A stretch of DNA of 64,000 bases. It comes from Octopus bimaculoides. Lineage: Eukaryota. The stretch lies in contig NC_068998.1 of assembly GCF_001194135.2 (NCBI RefSeq), forward strand, positions 21,847,640-21,911,639. Direction: 5' to 3'. Under the pieces are notes generated by a model. It was not told the origin of the DNA and ran no database searches. It was given only the letters and a program-made list of their open reading frames with translations. A program made the translations under genes and the position numbers. Below are positions 12,404 to 25,942 of this stretch, one piece after another. Each line of letters opens with the position of its first letter. The stretch's first letter is position 1.

Positions 12404-13004
12404 NNNNNNNNNNNNNNNNNNNNNNNNNNNNNNNNNNNNNNNNNNNNNNNNNNNNNNNNNNNNNNNNNNNNNNNNNNNNNNNNNNNNNNNNNNNNNNNNN
12501 NNNNNNNNNNNNNNNNNNNNNNNNNNNNNNNNNNNNNNNNNNNNNNNNNNNNNNNNNNNNNNNNNNNNNNNNNNNNNNNNNNNNNNNNNNNNNNNNNNNN
12601 NNNNNNNNNNNNNNNNNNNNNNNNNNNNNNNNNNNNNNNNNNNNNNNNNNNNNNNNNNNNNNNNNNNNNNNNNNNNNNNNNNNNNNNNNNNNNNNNNNNN
12701 NNNNNNNNNNNNNNNNNNNNNNNNNNNNNNNNNNNNNNNNNNNNNNNNNNNNNNNNNNNNNNNNNNNNNNNNNNNNNNNNNNNNNNNNNNNNNNNNNNNN
12801 NNNNNNNNNNNNNNNNNNNNNNNNNNNNNNNNNNNNNNNNNNNNNNNNNNNNNNNNNNNNNNNNNNNNNNNNNNNNNNNNNNNNNNNNNNNNNNNNNNNN
12901 NNNNNNNNNNNNNNNNNNNNNNNNNNNNNNNNNNNNNNNNNNNNNNNNNNNNNNNNNNNNNNNNNNNNNNNNNNNNNNNNNNNNNNNNNNNNNNNNNNNN
13001 NNNN

Positions 13005-13060
<56 letters not shown>

Positions 13061-16000
13061 ACACACACACACACATACACACACACACATATATATATAT
13101 ATGTATACATATATATGTTTGTATGTATGTATGTATGTATGTATATACAACATTTAACATGCCCTAACATTGAAGCGTCTAACTAATGTTCATAAGTATT
13201 GTATAAAGCACTTCCAAAATAATCATAACATAAAATTTTCACCGTCAAATAGACTTCGATAGTTATTATTTATTTATACGCTAAGATGACTTTTCACTAA
13301 TTCAGTTATAAATTAATTTTTTCATAACGTATAACATGAATGCTGTATCGGTTTAACGAAATAATTCAAATCAGTTAAAGTCAGTGTACAACAGATATAT
13401 TTTTATAATCAGTTATCTCCTGGCTGCAGATGGGCTTGAAATTAAAGTTAACAGCCAGTTAGCTTTCATCTTATGAGATCTCGGTCATAGAAAGAATTAA
13501 TTTATATATACAACCATTTCCATATAATCTTAACCGTAACAAATCTACTTTAAACACACTTCAAACATTATCTCATTGAATTGTAATCTACTAATATATT
13601 TCGGAGATAATTGATTTTCTAAATATAAATTTAAGGAAATCAAATTAATTGGGGACAATTTAACCGTAAAATTTGTTTATTTAACCTTCTATTTTTAAAA
13701 TTATATTTACACGCATCATGTTGTAAATAAACGTTACCATATTGAATTTCTCGTAGTTTTTCTGAATTTGGTCTCAACATTATCATCGGCTGTTGATAAT
13801 GTTGAAGCAACAAACAATTAAAAAGTTTACTTCTGTTTATTCCTATTATTCATGTAATTACGTAATGTGCACAATAAAACGAAAGATTTTGGTGTGTCCT
13901 CTTTTTAGAAACTCTTACATATGATTGTAAAAGTATTTACATTTATACAAAATGTTTTTTAATCACGTTATGTTAATCGCAATCCTCGTCAAAATAATTC
14001 GATGATATACATATGAATAGAAGCAATCGACGTTACCTTTAAATCATTAAAACCACCGGCTGAATTCAAATGAGTTTGTATCCTTTTGTAATTAAGAAGC
14101 TTATTTCAGTAGTAATTGAATCTGGGTCTTCTGAGATTAGTCGCATCAGATTTTGATAAATACGCTGCAAATTGTTTAGGACCCGTCTCATGGAAGTCTA
14201 ATGAGGCCTATTGGGTTTCATAGAAAAATACAGTAATTCTCTCTATATATAAGAAATTATTTTGTCTCCTGATATTTGATAATTCAGTTTGAAGGCGATA
14301 TGCCATATTATTCGTATCGATTATAGGATCATCAATGTGGTGCTAATGTCGATTAAAAGAATTATATGTTTAAGTATAATAAGGCAGAATTACCATTTTC
14401 GGTTAGATAATTTGCCCAGTATCACTGAGACCTATAAATGAGATCTGCCTCACCTTACCTAATGGGTTTAATGTAAAATAACTTATTGTGTGAGTCAAAT
14501 TAAACGCATTTAACGTTTTGTACAGCATCTAATGTAAACCGAGATAACACAAAATACAGTCAGACTCACCGTTGTTCACTCCTTGACCATACCACTTACT
14601 TATATTTAACATGTCAGCAAACACATTTGAATTTTAATTTAAGTGAAAATATCCCTACATCATTCAAATGAATATCGATATTCAAGTTACTGTTTTAATG
14701 TTCCCATTAAAATCTCGCGCATTTTACAGAACTTTGAATGAGTTACCCTTGTCACGTATCTTTCCAAACTACAAGTCACGAAATATATGGTATAGGAAAT
14801 TAAAATGCCTTCTCATCTGAAATTTTTCTTTAAAAATCACACATAGAATAAACTAATAATAACCTCTTTCCTTATTAATAACGTCACTTCTAATACTTGA
14901 AAATGATCTATATCGGATTTCAAGCGTATATTTCCGTTAATTTTGAAACTTAAGATGCATGAGGCACTATGGTTTCATGGAGAAGATTCAATACAACACC
15001 TCCAATTGTACAATTACATTAATAGAAGGAAAGAGGAAATCCTAATAGTTTATCCTAATAGTTTATATGTTCTTTCTCCAAAATATGGTGAGTTTATTAT
15101 TTGTGTTCATTTGAATAAAAATACGTTTTCCATACCATTTGTGTAAATACAATTTCTGAAGAAGTCACTTTTCAGGCATTTCTAATATTACAAATCGAAC
15201 ATTATTTATGAAACAGAAAAAAAACAAGGAAAGACATAATTCTTCCAGAAACGTAATATACTCATAATATATTTGCATTCGCATGTAGCATATTTACGAA
15301 TTTGTTGACGATTGAAGCGAATGATATTTTAAAATTGTTTTGTATATAGATTACGTTTCGAAATTTCTTTTGATTCTCAGGTTTACTTACGTCACTTCGT
15401 CAATTCCCGATCATCTAAACGGTACAAAGGTTTTAATTCTGTTCTAGTCCTAAATGCTGCGAATATAGTCAGTTGATTGACAGAGGAGATACATGTGCAG
15501 TAATTGATTTATCCTTGTATGTGTGAGTCTGTCTTACTACAATGGATGGTTGAAATGAGGAATAAACAAGGTGAGGCTCATATTTTCGTGTTTGTTTTAT
15601 ATAGTTTTGATTCGTTGGGTATTTGTTATAAATTTTATGGAAACTATTCACGTAAAGGTTGTCAGGCATCGATTTTCAGACAACATTTTGGAAAATCTCA
15701 GGCTTACGCTACTGAATAGATGTTTTATTATTGAAGGTTGGTAGCTGCAATGTTCTATCAATACAATGCTTTTGCGTAGATATGTTTGAAGTTCTGTGTA
15801 ATAAATAAGATTAATATGGATCACTATGCTGAGCTACAAAACTTGATTGACGTTTTATCTAATTGATTATTTATCTGTATATGTATTCTCCTTTATAATG
15901 TTTGTTTATTTACTTGTGCAGGTATATACAATAGCACATATAAGCAGATAAGATAGGGAACAATTTAAGACTTTCTGTGTTAAAGCTAGCTCCATTCCGT

Positions 16001-16067
16001 TCTCAGTAGTTTAAAGGCGAAGCCCCAATGAAACTTTTGATTAAATACAACAAATACAGAGATAGAT

Positions 16068-16069
<2 letters not shown>

Positions 16070-16146
<77 letters not shown>
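16070..16146. repeat. (GA)n microsatellite
   Basis: Directly visible. Confidence 0.97.
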
Positions 16147-16148
<2 letters not shown>

Positions 16149-16840
16149 GAGAATGAGAGGGAGAGACAAAAAAAAGAGAGAAAGATATGGGGACAGAAAG
16201 AAAATGAGATTGAATGAAGGGTGCAAGTCTCTGCTACGAAATGTTTCAGGTCTTCTTTCCTTACACACACATCAAAACGTCGATGTACTTACCTTTAATC
16301 ATATGTCGACGTATTTGTTTACAAACTGTCACGCCATTTTGAGTTTAGTAACACGCACGCGAGCGCAAGCATACACACAAGGGTCTGTTATTTGACTGCC
16401 AGTCTGTCATCTATCTATGGGACAATCCATCTATCTGCTTACTTATCCATAGAAAAAAACTGAAACATACATATACTTCCATTCACATTGAGACGTTATT
16501 ACGTTCCTAGTCATGAAATTTTGATTGTATCATTTTCCCAAATAATTAGAGAAAAATATATGCAACACAATTTGGCTTTAGTTTTCATATATTGTTTCAT
16601 CCCGGATACGATGAAGGTCGGCGGTAAATTATTCAGCACAAAGTTTCTCTTAGCAATCGAGAAAAGGTGTGAATATATGATTTCATGATTGATGCTCAGT
16701 TACTCTATTTGGTTATTTGAGGTTTGTTGGGTTATTGAATTTTTCATTTGATCTACTGGACAGTAATATACAAAAAAAAAAAAATATTGATATATTAACA
16801 AAAAATATTCTTGATATTGAATGCATTTGTTCTTGATCTT

Positions 16841-16880
<40 letters not shown>

Positions 16881-16910
16881 TCTCAGTGTTTCACCCTCTC
16901 TCAATAAATA

Positions 16911-17525
16911 TGGCGTGGCTATGTGGTACGAGGTTTGCTTCCCAACGACAATGCTCCGTGTAGAGTCCCACTGCGTGACATTTGAGTGGATTTGTTGGAC
17001 GGAAACTAAAAGGTGAGCTGGCAGAGTCGTTAGAACGCCTGGCGAAATGCTTAGCGGTATTTCGTCTGTCTTTATGTTCTGAGGTCAAATTCCGCCGAGG
17101 TCGACTTTGCCTTTCATCCTTTCGGGGTCGATAAATTAAGTACCAGTTACGCACCGGGGTCGATGTAATTGACTTAATCCCTTTTATATGTCCTTGTTTG
17201 GCACCTCTATGTTTAGCCCCTTGTGGGCAATAAAGAACTAGGAAACTAAAAAAGGTTGTCGTGTTTATATATGATATAGATATATGCATGTTTGTCTCTG
17301 CGAGTGTGTATCTGTGTGCATGTGTGTGTATGTATATGTTTGAATAGGTCTTTGTGTTTGTTCTTGTTCCACACCATCGCTGCAAATTGGTGTTGATGTG
17401 TTTCTTAACTTAGCGTTTCAACTTCAAAGGAGAAGTACTGAGACTTCAATTCGTTCAACGAAAATTCTTTTCAAGGCAGTGTCCCAGGATGGCTGCAGTC
17501 TTATAACTGAAAAGTGTATAAAATA
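16911..17525 (+). mobile_element. tRNA-derived SINE type A (head, internal microsatellite, tail), interrupted by a type B SINE
   Basis: Head ggcgtggctatgtggt..ttgcttccc..agtcccactgcgtg is homologous to 23811-23960. Tail ending ..actgaaa is homologous to 25688-25866 and 58685-58870. Confidence 0.8.
17012..17240 (+). mobile_element. tRNA-derived SINE type B, near full length, with 11-bp TSD
   Basis: A-box-like tggcagagtcgttag, B-box-like gaggtcaaattcc, core gcctttcatcctttcggggtcgataaattaagtaccag. Flanked by GGAAACTAAAA at 17001-17011 and 17241-17251. Confidence 0.92.
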
Positions 17526-17582
17526 TAAATGATAGGAAGTTTTATATACGTATATGAGTCTCTCCATATTATATGTGAACAT

Positions 17583-17743
<161 letters not shown>

Positions 17744-18117
17744 CATAATTAATAATTAAGGATACTACAGATACCACGGGCAGAAGACTATTACAACCAC
17801 AAATTTTCGCTGATACGCTGAACAGAAATTCTAAGCACGAAAAGAATTGTAAATTGAAAAGCCAGACATACCCTTATCGTCAAGATTTCGAACTTTGTGG
17901 AAGAGCCACATAGTTCAACTCAGCGACTCTCACTGATCCAAGTGTCATAGAACTTGCCCATAACAACAAATGTGCGCGATGACCGTTTTTAATGCTGCGG
18001 CAAATAATAGATTATAAAAATATATATAAGGATATTATTGCTTACAAAAATATCAAGTGGCGCTCATTCCTCCGACTTCAATGAATGTGTATTAGTAAAA
18101 ATTTGTGGTTGTTGCTG

Positions 18118-18156
<39 letters not shown>

Positions 18157-18347
18157 CAGAGGTGAGGACCAAAATCCTTGAAATGGATCTCAAACATCCT
18201 AGTCTGACGGTACAGCCCGAGTGAAGACTATATGTAAAAATATATATTCAGTATTTGCAAAAGCCATAAATATATTATAAGGAAAGGAAAAACTGTAGGC
18301 GTAGACGATCTTTAATTCATAATCCAGGTTGGTACAGAACCAATATA

Positions 18348-18425
18348 CAAACACACACACAGACACACATACACACACACACACATACACGCACACACAC
18401 ACATACACACATACATACATACACA

Positions 18426-18464
<39 letters not shown>

Positions 18465-18495
18465 CCACACACACACACAAAACCACACACACATA
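18348..18495. repeat. Interrupted (CA)n microsatellite
   Basis: Directly visible. Confidence 0.95.
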
Positions 18496-21400
18496 TAATA
18501 GGACTGCTAATTGCACAAAATACATACCTTTCCGCCATTTTGGAATGCATTGGCGTGGCGTATTCATGCCATACACTATTGGCAAAAATAGCATTTAATT
18601 TTATTCTCATGGGCATGATATTTGCTCTCTTTGTTGAGCTACACCTTACTCTATTTCTAAATTTTTCTCGATTGCTTTCCAACAAGAAAATGTTAGTAAT
18701 TTTCCCATTGATATAAGTGTCCCGATTTCAATGAAATATATTAGTGTATCAATATACTTTGAATCTGTTACACGTTTAATTTTTCTTATACTAACCATCG
18801 AATTTCTCTTGCATAGCTTTGCATATACATATATAAACATTTAATCTTACTGTGTTTACATTAAACAAGAAAAAAGTCGTTTCCTATTTTGGAGACACAT
18901 TGGTTGAATAACAGTTACATGTTTACACGAACATTAAGTGGTATGGCGAGACTGTTAGTCTCTCAGTCCAAAAATAGCTTTTCGTTGAATAACTCATATA
19001 CCATCAACATAATATCTTAAATTCTGAGCACATTCCTTATAGGTAACCTTTCTTAAACTCATAAGAATTATTGACTAAATTACCATTCTTATAAATTTTA
19101 TGTAGCAATTTGAAAGTACTTTTAAATATGTATTCATAGGAATAACTAGTATCTGTGTTTCCTCCACTCTGTATCCGGCCAATTCCGCCATGTAAACATA
19201 CCCGTGCTTTTCTTCGGCGATAATTTTACTTCTCTGGGGAACTTTCCTCTTTCTTCTTTCTGACTAAGAGCTATGCTCCAAATGTAATATATTCACACAT
19301 TTTATTCCATGTTAACGTAATATAGTCACATCATTTTGACTTACGTTGTTTTTCTATTTATTTTCGACGTGCCTAATCATATATACATACATGCTAACCT
19401 ACATAAATGCAAACATACCTACCTACCTACCTACCTACCTACCAACCTACCTACCTATCTACCTATCTACATACATACAAACATATATACATATATTTGC
19501 GTATATATATGTATATACATACATATATGTATATACATAGATTCACAGATAAATAAATACATATATGCACACACACATATATACATACGCATACATGCGC
19601 GCGCTCACACACACACGCATATTCCAAACACGTAAGAGCTCTCAGAAGCACACCAGAACATTCATCTAGCCGCTAGAAATAGAATAGCTTATACTTCCAA
19701 TTTTTATGAAAGAGGGATGGTCGTTTTGCATTAAAGTTTCGCAAGTAAAGGAAACTACATTCGGGGCTGTAGTAGGTCTAGGAATAGGATAAGTTTCTAA
19801 TATATTCAGTCCTATGAAGGTGGATCAACCGAGTGTCTGATTTTTCTTTAAAGTCATTTGTTGCCTGCCTCGCAGATATATTGGGTCTTGAATGTCAACT
19901 ATTTATTAAATGAGGTGTTTCGATTATATGTAAATGCCCAATTTCGAAAAATGTGAATCCATTTCATTTTGCAATGTAAAATGGTTATATAAACGTTAAA
20001 ACTAAAATTACATTTTCTAGCTTATCTGCTGAACTGATCACACTGTCTGCTTAAGTATTTCATGGTCCTTTAAAGAGTAGCAGCGTTTTATGTTATATCT
20101 TTCTCTAACCACTACATCTTGAATTCAATGCATAGAGTAACATTTTATAGATGCATTTGATAAATTTTGGGATTAATCGATTTGAAGAAATACTTTGGGA
20201 ATAACATCTTGAGATAATGGAATAAATTGAAGTTATTAAAGAATATTCAGTAATGTTACTGATAGAAATCAATAACGTATTTTCAGCACATTTGAATGTG
20301 CATATGTGTGTGTATGTATGAGTGTATATGTGTGTATGTCTATAGTAACATGATTTCTCAATATAAACGGTAATCAATGGGTGTCCAAATAATTTTTTAT
20401 TTAACCTGCTTCTCAGCAACGTACGTTCCGGTTCAACGACAAGGTTCGATTCTTTGGTCTTGCGTCTTCTTCCATTGCTCCAGATCGAACGAAATCTTGT
20501 GTGTTAAATCAAAATTTACCATATATTTACATGATTGTTAGATATGGTGTCTGGGTTGTTATATATGTGTGAATAAACTGTCAATCGATTCATACATGTA
20601 AGATTGATAAAACTGCTTATAGCACCGTTGAAACTCTTGGATCAAATTTTCGCAAATATTTCATATTAAATGATGCGTGGCGCTACTGAAAATACTGAAA
20701 TGCAGATAACTGATTCCAATGCTTATTACTCAGGAATACACATAAAAAGAAATCTCAAGTTATATGTCTGTGCTACAGTAATATGAAGACGATACATACT
20801 TAGGGAAGTAGAACTGATTCTTTTTGTGCAAGACACTTTAAAATATGTTGATTAAACTAAAATATGCAATTTAATGTATGTTTTAGCAACTCGCGCTTTA
20901 CTAGTATTTTTGTAAGCAGTATGTCCCCTTAATTAAATGAATAAATATAGTTCCTCTCGTCGAGGATATTTTATTTGAAGTACTTGTAAACTACTCCATC
21001 TCCTTCTGAGTGTTCGCAGTTTGCAGAAATACTTTCTCTGTAAAATCCGCAAAATATAACAAGTATGAAGAAATGTCTAATCCCATAGTTGTAATGTAAT
21101 ATCTTTTATTAATTTTAGATACACCTAGAACGTTTAGCAGAAAATAGCTTCAAATATTGTACAAAAATACTAATGAACATTAGATCATTTAAACATATTT
21201 CAACTGTTTCTACTAAAACATTTATTGAAAATATAACAACTCAATGGAAGATTTCAAGATCAAACCATTTTAGAAGTTAGGTGATGTAATATTTCGAACG
21301 ATATACCTTCGAATCCTAAACGTTAGATCACAAAGAAATTGAAAACAGTTCAACAAAACGTATTTATCTCATGATTTAAATGGTCTATATCGATCAAGGT

Positions 21401-21884
21401 TTACTGACTACCTACACTTGAATGTGAGGTATTAGCAATATATTTTGAGGACGCCAGGCGTGTGCTCATCATCGCAATTTACTTCCTTTCAGGCTATCGG
21501 TGATTATTGAAGAGCATGGTAAATATTGTTAGAACGCAAAGAACGAACATAGTTTCCAAAGATCTGGTTACGCTTCCAGCAAAACCATCATCTAAGTTTG
21601 ATAGTTTTATCGACCTCGAAAAGAGGGGAGAATGCAGAAAAATAAACAAAATGCAGATAAACAAAGATGACGAAGCAACCTGCCCAAAGCACTAACAACT
21701 CTGTCACTTGACTGCCTTATCATCAAGTAAATAACAAATAATGTTCAATGACAACACATAGATTTATAGTCAACTATAACCCGGTAACGCGATATAGCTG
21801 CCGTTACGTCATTTATTATATCCACGTTTAACTTAAAAATATATAGATTCTTTCCCTGTCTCTCTCTCACTCACTGGCAGTGAT

Positions 21885-21916
<32 letters not shown>

Positions 21917-23229
21917 TCAAACACACACACATACAAGCACATACACGCACGCATACACAGACATTCCACAGACAAATAATATGCAAATGTTGTCATATTT
22001 TCATCTTAGCATATTTTATATGTTTACTTACGGGGTGGTTTTATATATTTTATATGTATTATGTGGGTAAAACTAGCCAAACACTCCAGAGAATGTAAGC
22101 TGAATTACTGCACAACTACAGAACCTCCTCACAGAACATATTATTCGCTTAAGGTTTTGTTTCCTTTATCCAAATTAAAGGAAACTGGAGGTAATTAACA
22201 TTTTTTAGCTCAGGTCCTTCAGATTCTCACCAATAAATATTTATCTAAATTTATATCATTTGCCCAAATGAGTTGTTTCCATTTTATTATTTCATAAACT
22301 ATATCAGAAATCTGCTTTAAACTGATATTTGATATTTCAATAAATATAATGAAATATATATTAACCTGTTTCGTTCTTCATAAAGATATAATATTTCCAG
22401 CAAATTTTGTTTATGTGCTTATTGAAGGTCCAGACCTAGCAAAATTCAATATACATAAATTCGTTTTGCATTAGTGAGAGAAAAAGTAGTGTGCACTACG
22501 ACGTGTGTGGGGAAAAGACTTATACAAGAAAATCTTGATAGTCCATTAATATACTCGTGATAACAACGAGATATTTCCGCACACATACGTAGGCATGGAA
22601 TCGAAACAAAATATTGATCAAAAATAAGCTATTAGGTTAACAGTTGAAACAGTGAAATGTCATTATAAGGTGATAGTGTGTCCTTGGGGTTTCAACTTAT
22701 AACACAGCTAATCAAAACTCGTTAATTAGTAGCATTATCAATTCATTCCTGACAATCCATGTCAATAATCTATACATGCAATCTACTCGCATAAACATAT
22801 AAAGCATCATAATCAATGCATTTATTTACAAGAAGCAATACGGCTTTCTGATTTCATTCAAGAAGGAAGAATGGAATATATACTGTTAATTCTTAAATAT
22901 TCATACATTTCTTCATAACGCAAATTTTGTGTGATAGTTTTGTGAGTATTACAAGTTTCCATGGCATTTTTTTCATATTACATAGCACAGCATTACTGAA
23001 GTTGAGGGTGACATTCAGTGTCAGTTGTTGGGTTTTCCTCGGGGCTAATACTAAAGCACACTGGCGAACTGCCCTAAACGCAATTCTAACATGTGCATGC
23101 ACGTAGTATACGTAGTATATCAAATAGGGTGATCCAAATGCAACAACAGCTTCATCGGTAACGAAGTCCGAACACTCAACTTCGAAATGAAGGTGCACCT
23201 CCTTACTGATGTGCCTTCCCTACGCAAAC

Positions 23230-23440
23230 GCTTAACCAGATGTGGCAACCCCACCAAACAGATACACGCACGCCTCCTGCTGGCCTCGGAGATGAACACA
23301 GGAAATCTTTGCATCAAGGAGTATATATTGATTCATCTCCTCAATCTGAAAATTAACAATCGCCCAGAAATGGGCCGGCGACTCCTATGAATACATTAAG
23401 TCACGAACAATATCTTCCAACGCAAACAGGTGGAAACTCG
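23230..23440 (+). mobile_element. Possible very old LINE endonuclease remnant
   Basis: LGD-(fs)-NTG then GRRLL*..VTNNIFQRK resembles APE motifs LGDFNA..NGERLL..ITNTFFQHK; heavily decayed. Confidence 0.25.
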
Positions 23441-23664
23441 CCACAATAAAAAAAAATCGGAGAGTCACTTGCACCAACGGCTGGAAGGTTGCTGCTGCAG
23501 CTAAGTAAAGCGATGAGCAGTTTAATATAAAGTAAAGAAATGACTGTAAGCAGGCATTTGATCAACTACGTCCTCCTGAGGATAGACATTTGCACCTGAA
23601 AAATAAAGCTTTCGTAAAACTTCGTGCATTGTTAAGAGGTCTATTTTTCATTTCTGTTTTGCAC

Positions 23665-23708
23665 ACACATGCATACACACACACACTCACACACACACGC
23701 GCACTCAT

Positions 23709-23798
<90 letters not shown>
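23665..23798. repeat. (CA)n microsatellite
   Basis: Directly visible. Confidence 0.97.
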
Positions 23799-23801
<3 letters not shown>

Positions 23802-23810
23802 TATATAGAT

Positions 23811-23960
23811 GCAGGCGTGGCTTTCTTGTAAGAAGCTTGCTTGTCAACAATATGGTTCCGAGTTCAGTTCTGCTGCAGGGTATCTTCAGCAGGTACTTTC
23901 TACTATAGCCTCGAGCTGACCAAAGCCTTGTGAATGGATTTGGTAGGCGTGAACAGAGGG
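23811..23960 (+). mobile_element. SINE type A 5' head
   Basis: gcaggcgtggct..aagaagcttgctt..atggttccgagttcagtt..tctactatagcctcgagctgaccaaagccttgtgaatggatttggtag; homologous to the 16911 copy. Confidence 0.85.
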
Positions 23961-24034
23961 AAACACGTCTCATACACATACACACACATATTATATGTAT
24001 CTTCGTTACAAGTTCGTAAGTCAGAAAAAGAGCA

Positions 24035-25165
24035 TATAAAAAAAGAGCCCTATAGGCTTTTACATTCTGGACACCCTGGGTAATAAATTCCCCTCTGCCC
24101 ACATCAGTTTATATAGAGATAATGCCTGAGCCATCTTCGGAGGCGCCAACGGCCATACATTAGATAGGCTTAGACAAGACATCATATACACCCCCCAACA
24201 ACCTTGGCCTTAAAATCACCATAGAGACTAACCTCATCGTGCTGAACTTCTTGAATATCCCGCTTGATTTAGACAGTAGCACGTACAGACCATACCGCAA
24301 ACCGAATGATAAACTATCCTACATCAAGACAGCCTCCTACCACCTAACCATAGTATTCAAAAACCAAATGAACGGTATCAGAAAACGGATTTCGAACACA
24401 TCTTCAAAGAAAGATATTTTCGACGCAGCGGCTGCCTCTTAAAATGAGGCGCTAGCGGCCAGCGGGTTCAAGGACCATATGATATGTGCACCACGATCGA
24501 GCAACCATAAAAGGAAACGCCAATGTATGACCTTATGGTTCACTTCCCCCGACTCCCTAAACGTCCGGAATGCGTAGGTAAGATCTTTCTTCGGTTGGTG
24601 GATAAGTATTTCACGCGTTCACACAAATATAGAAAGAACTTTCACAGACATAATTTAAGGATCTCTTTCAGTTGAGTACCCAATGTTAATAAAAAATTAC
24701 TTAGCACTCCTAAATCACGGATAGAGGCAAGTTGTTCATGCAGGATTAGAAATGAATGCCCAGTGGACGTCCGATGTAACACCGAGGCTACAGTGTACCA
24801 AGCAAAGTTAACCTCAAATAGGAGCAGCACAAGAAACAGCAACATCAATTCCAACACAGGGACACACACTAACATTTATGTCGGATCTTGTTAATCTAAA
24901 TTTGAAATTCACAAACAACAACAGATTATCTTTCAGGATGCCGGAGAAATACAATACAACGACACTCGCAGCATACGTATGGCGCATATATGGCGATCAA
25001 ACGTCCTTTAACATCAGGTAGAAATTACTAGAAACTTGTGGACCCTATCTCAATGGAACAAGGTTATGTATATTGTGTATGGCAGAAAAATATATAATCC
25101 TAATGAGCTCACATGACCCGTGGAGAGTTTTCCACATTTTCGGAAATTTTTACTTCAAATATGGA
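24035..25165 (+). mobile_element. 5'-truncated Penelope-like element (RT C-terminal half plus GIY-YIG endonuclease), decayed
   Basis: HISLYRDNA (GLYRDDG RT motif), GLKITIETNLIVLNFLNIPLDL..YRPYRKPND, GKIFLRLVDKYF, CSCRIRNECPVDVRC..VYQA..IYVG (GIY-YIG), CILCMAEKYII. Confidence 0.9.
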
Positions 25166-25611
25166 AAACCTAGCTATCAAGCGAAGGAAGACAACTCATC
25201 AGCCTATAATTTTTAAGAGGAATACTTCATCAGTTATCACCGGCATTCTTGTGTTTTTTTAAAAAAAACATTCTTTGCAGAGAACAGTTATCGTTTAGAG
25301 AAACTGAAGATATATCTAGTTCACGGTACATATCAAACCAATGGTATTTCTCTAAAACTGTTACTTTGCACATATAATTATACATGTATATATATATATA
25401 TATATATNNNNNNNNNNNNNNNNNNNNNNNNNNNNNNNNNNNNNNNNNNNNNNNNNNNNNNNNNNNNNNNNNNNNNNNNNNNNNNNNNNNNNNNNNNNNN
25501 NNNNNNNNNNNNNNNNNNNNNNNNNNNNNNNNNNNNNNNNNNNNNNNNNNNNNNNNNNNNNNNNNNNNNNNNNNNNNNNNNNNNNNNNNNNNNNNNNNNN
25601 NNNNNNNNNNN

Positions 25612-25669
<58 letters not shown>

Positions 25670-25687
25670 ATTGTTTATTTTTATGCT

Positions 25688-25866
25688 TGTGTTTGTCTCC
25701 CGTCACCACTTGACAACCAGTGTTGGCGTGCTTACGTCTCTATATCTTAAATGTTCGGCAAAAATGGAGCTACACTGTAGGACCAAAATAACGGCCGTTT
25801 AAAAGCACACAGCTTCAAGGCGGTGTTCTAGTATGGGATCTATCATATGACTGAAACAACCAAAAA
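25688..25866 (+). mobile_element. SINE type A 3' tail
   Basis: cttgacaaccagtgttggcgtgcttacgtc..gttcggcaaaa..aaggcggtgttctagtatgg..atgactgaaacaa; homologous to 58685-58870. Confidence 0.8.
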
Positions 25867-25903
25867 AATAAACGAATATATATGTGTGCATGCATGTGCG
25901 TAT

Positions 25904-25942
<39 letters not shown>

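Noticed and set aside
15449-15530. Plus-strand exon candidate PKCCEYSQLIDRGDTCAVIDLSL
   Set aside because: Short, ambiguous donor and no recognisable family.
16911-17100. tRNA genes
   Set aside because: The A/B-box-like sequences are SINE heads and do not form complete cloverleaves.
17873-17995. 123-nt minus-strand exon-like segment with good acceptor and GTATGT donor
   Set aside because: All three frames contain stops, so it is not a coding internal exon; a non-coding exon cannot be supported without RNA data.
19080-19265. About 62-codon open minus frame (RRKRKVPQRSKIIAEEKH..) with a GTATGT donor
   Set aside because: Weak acceptor, no recognisable homology, and within chance expectation.
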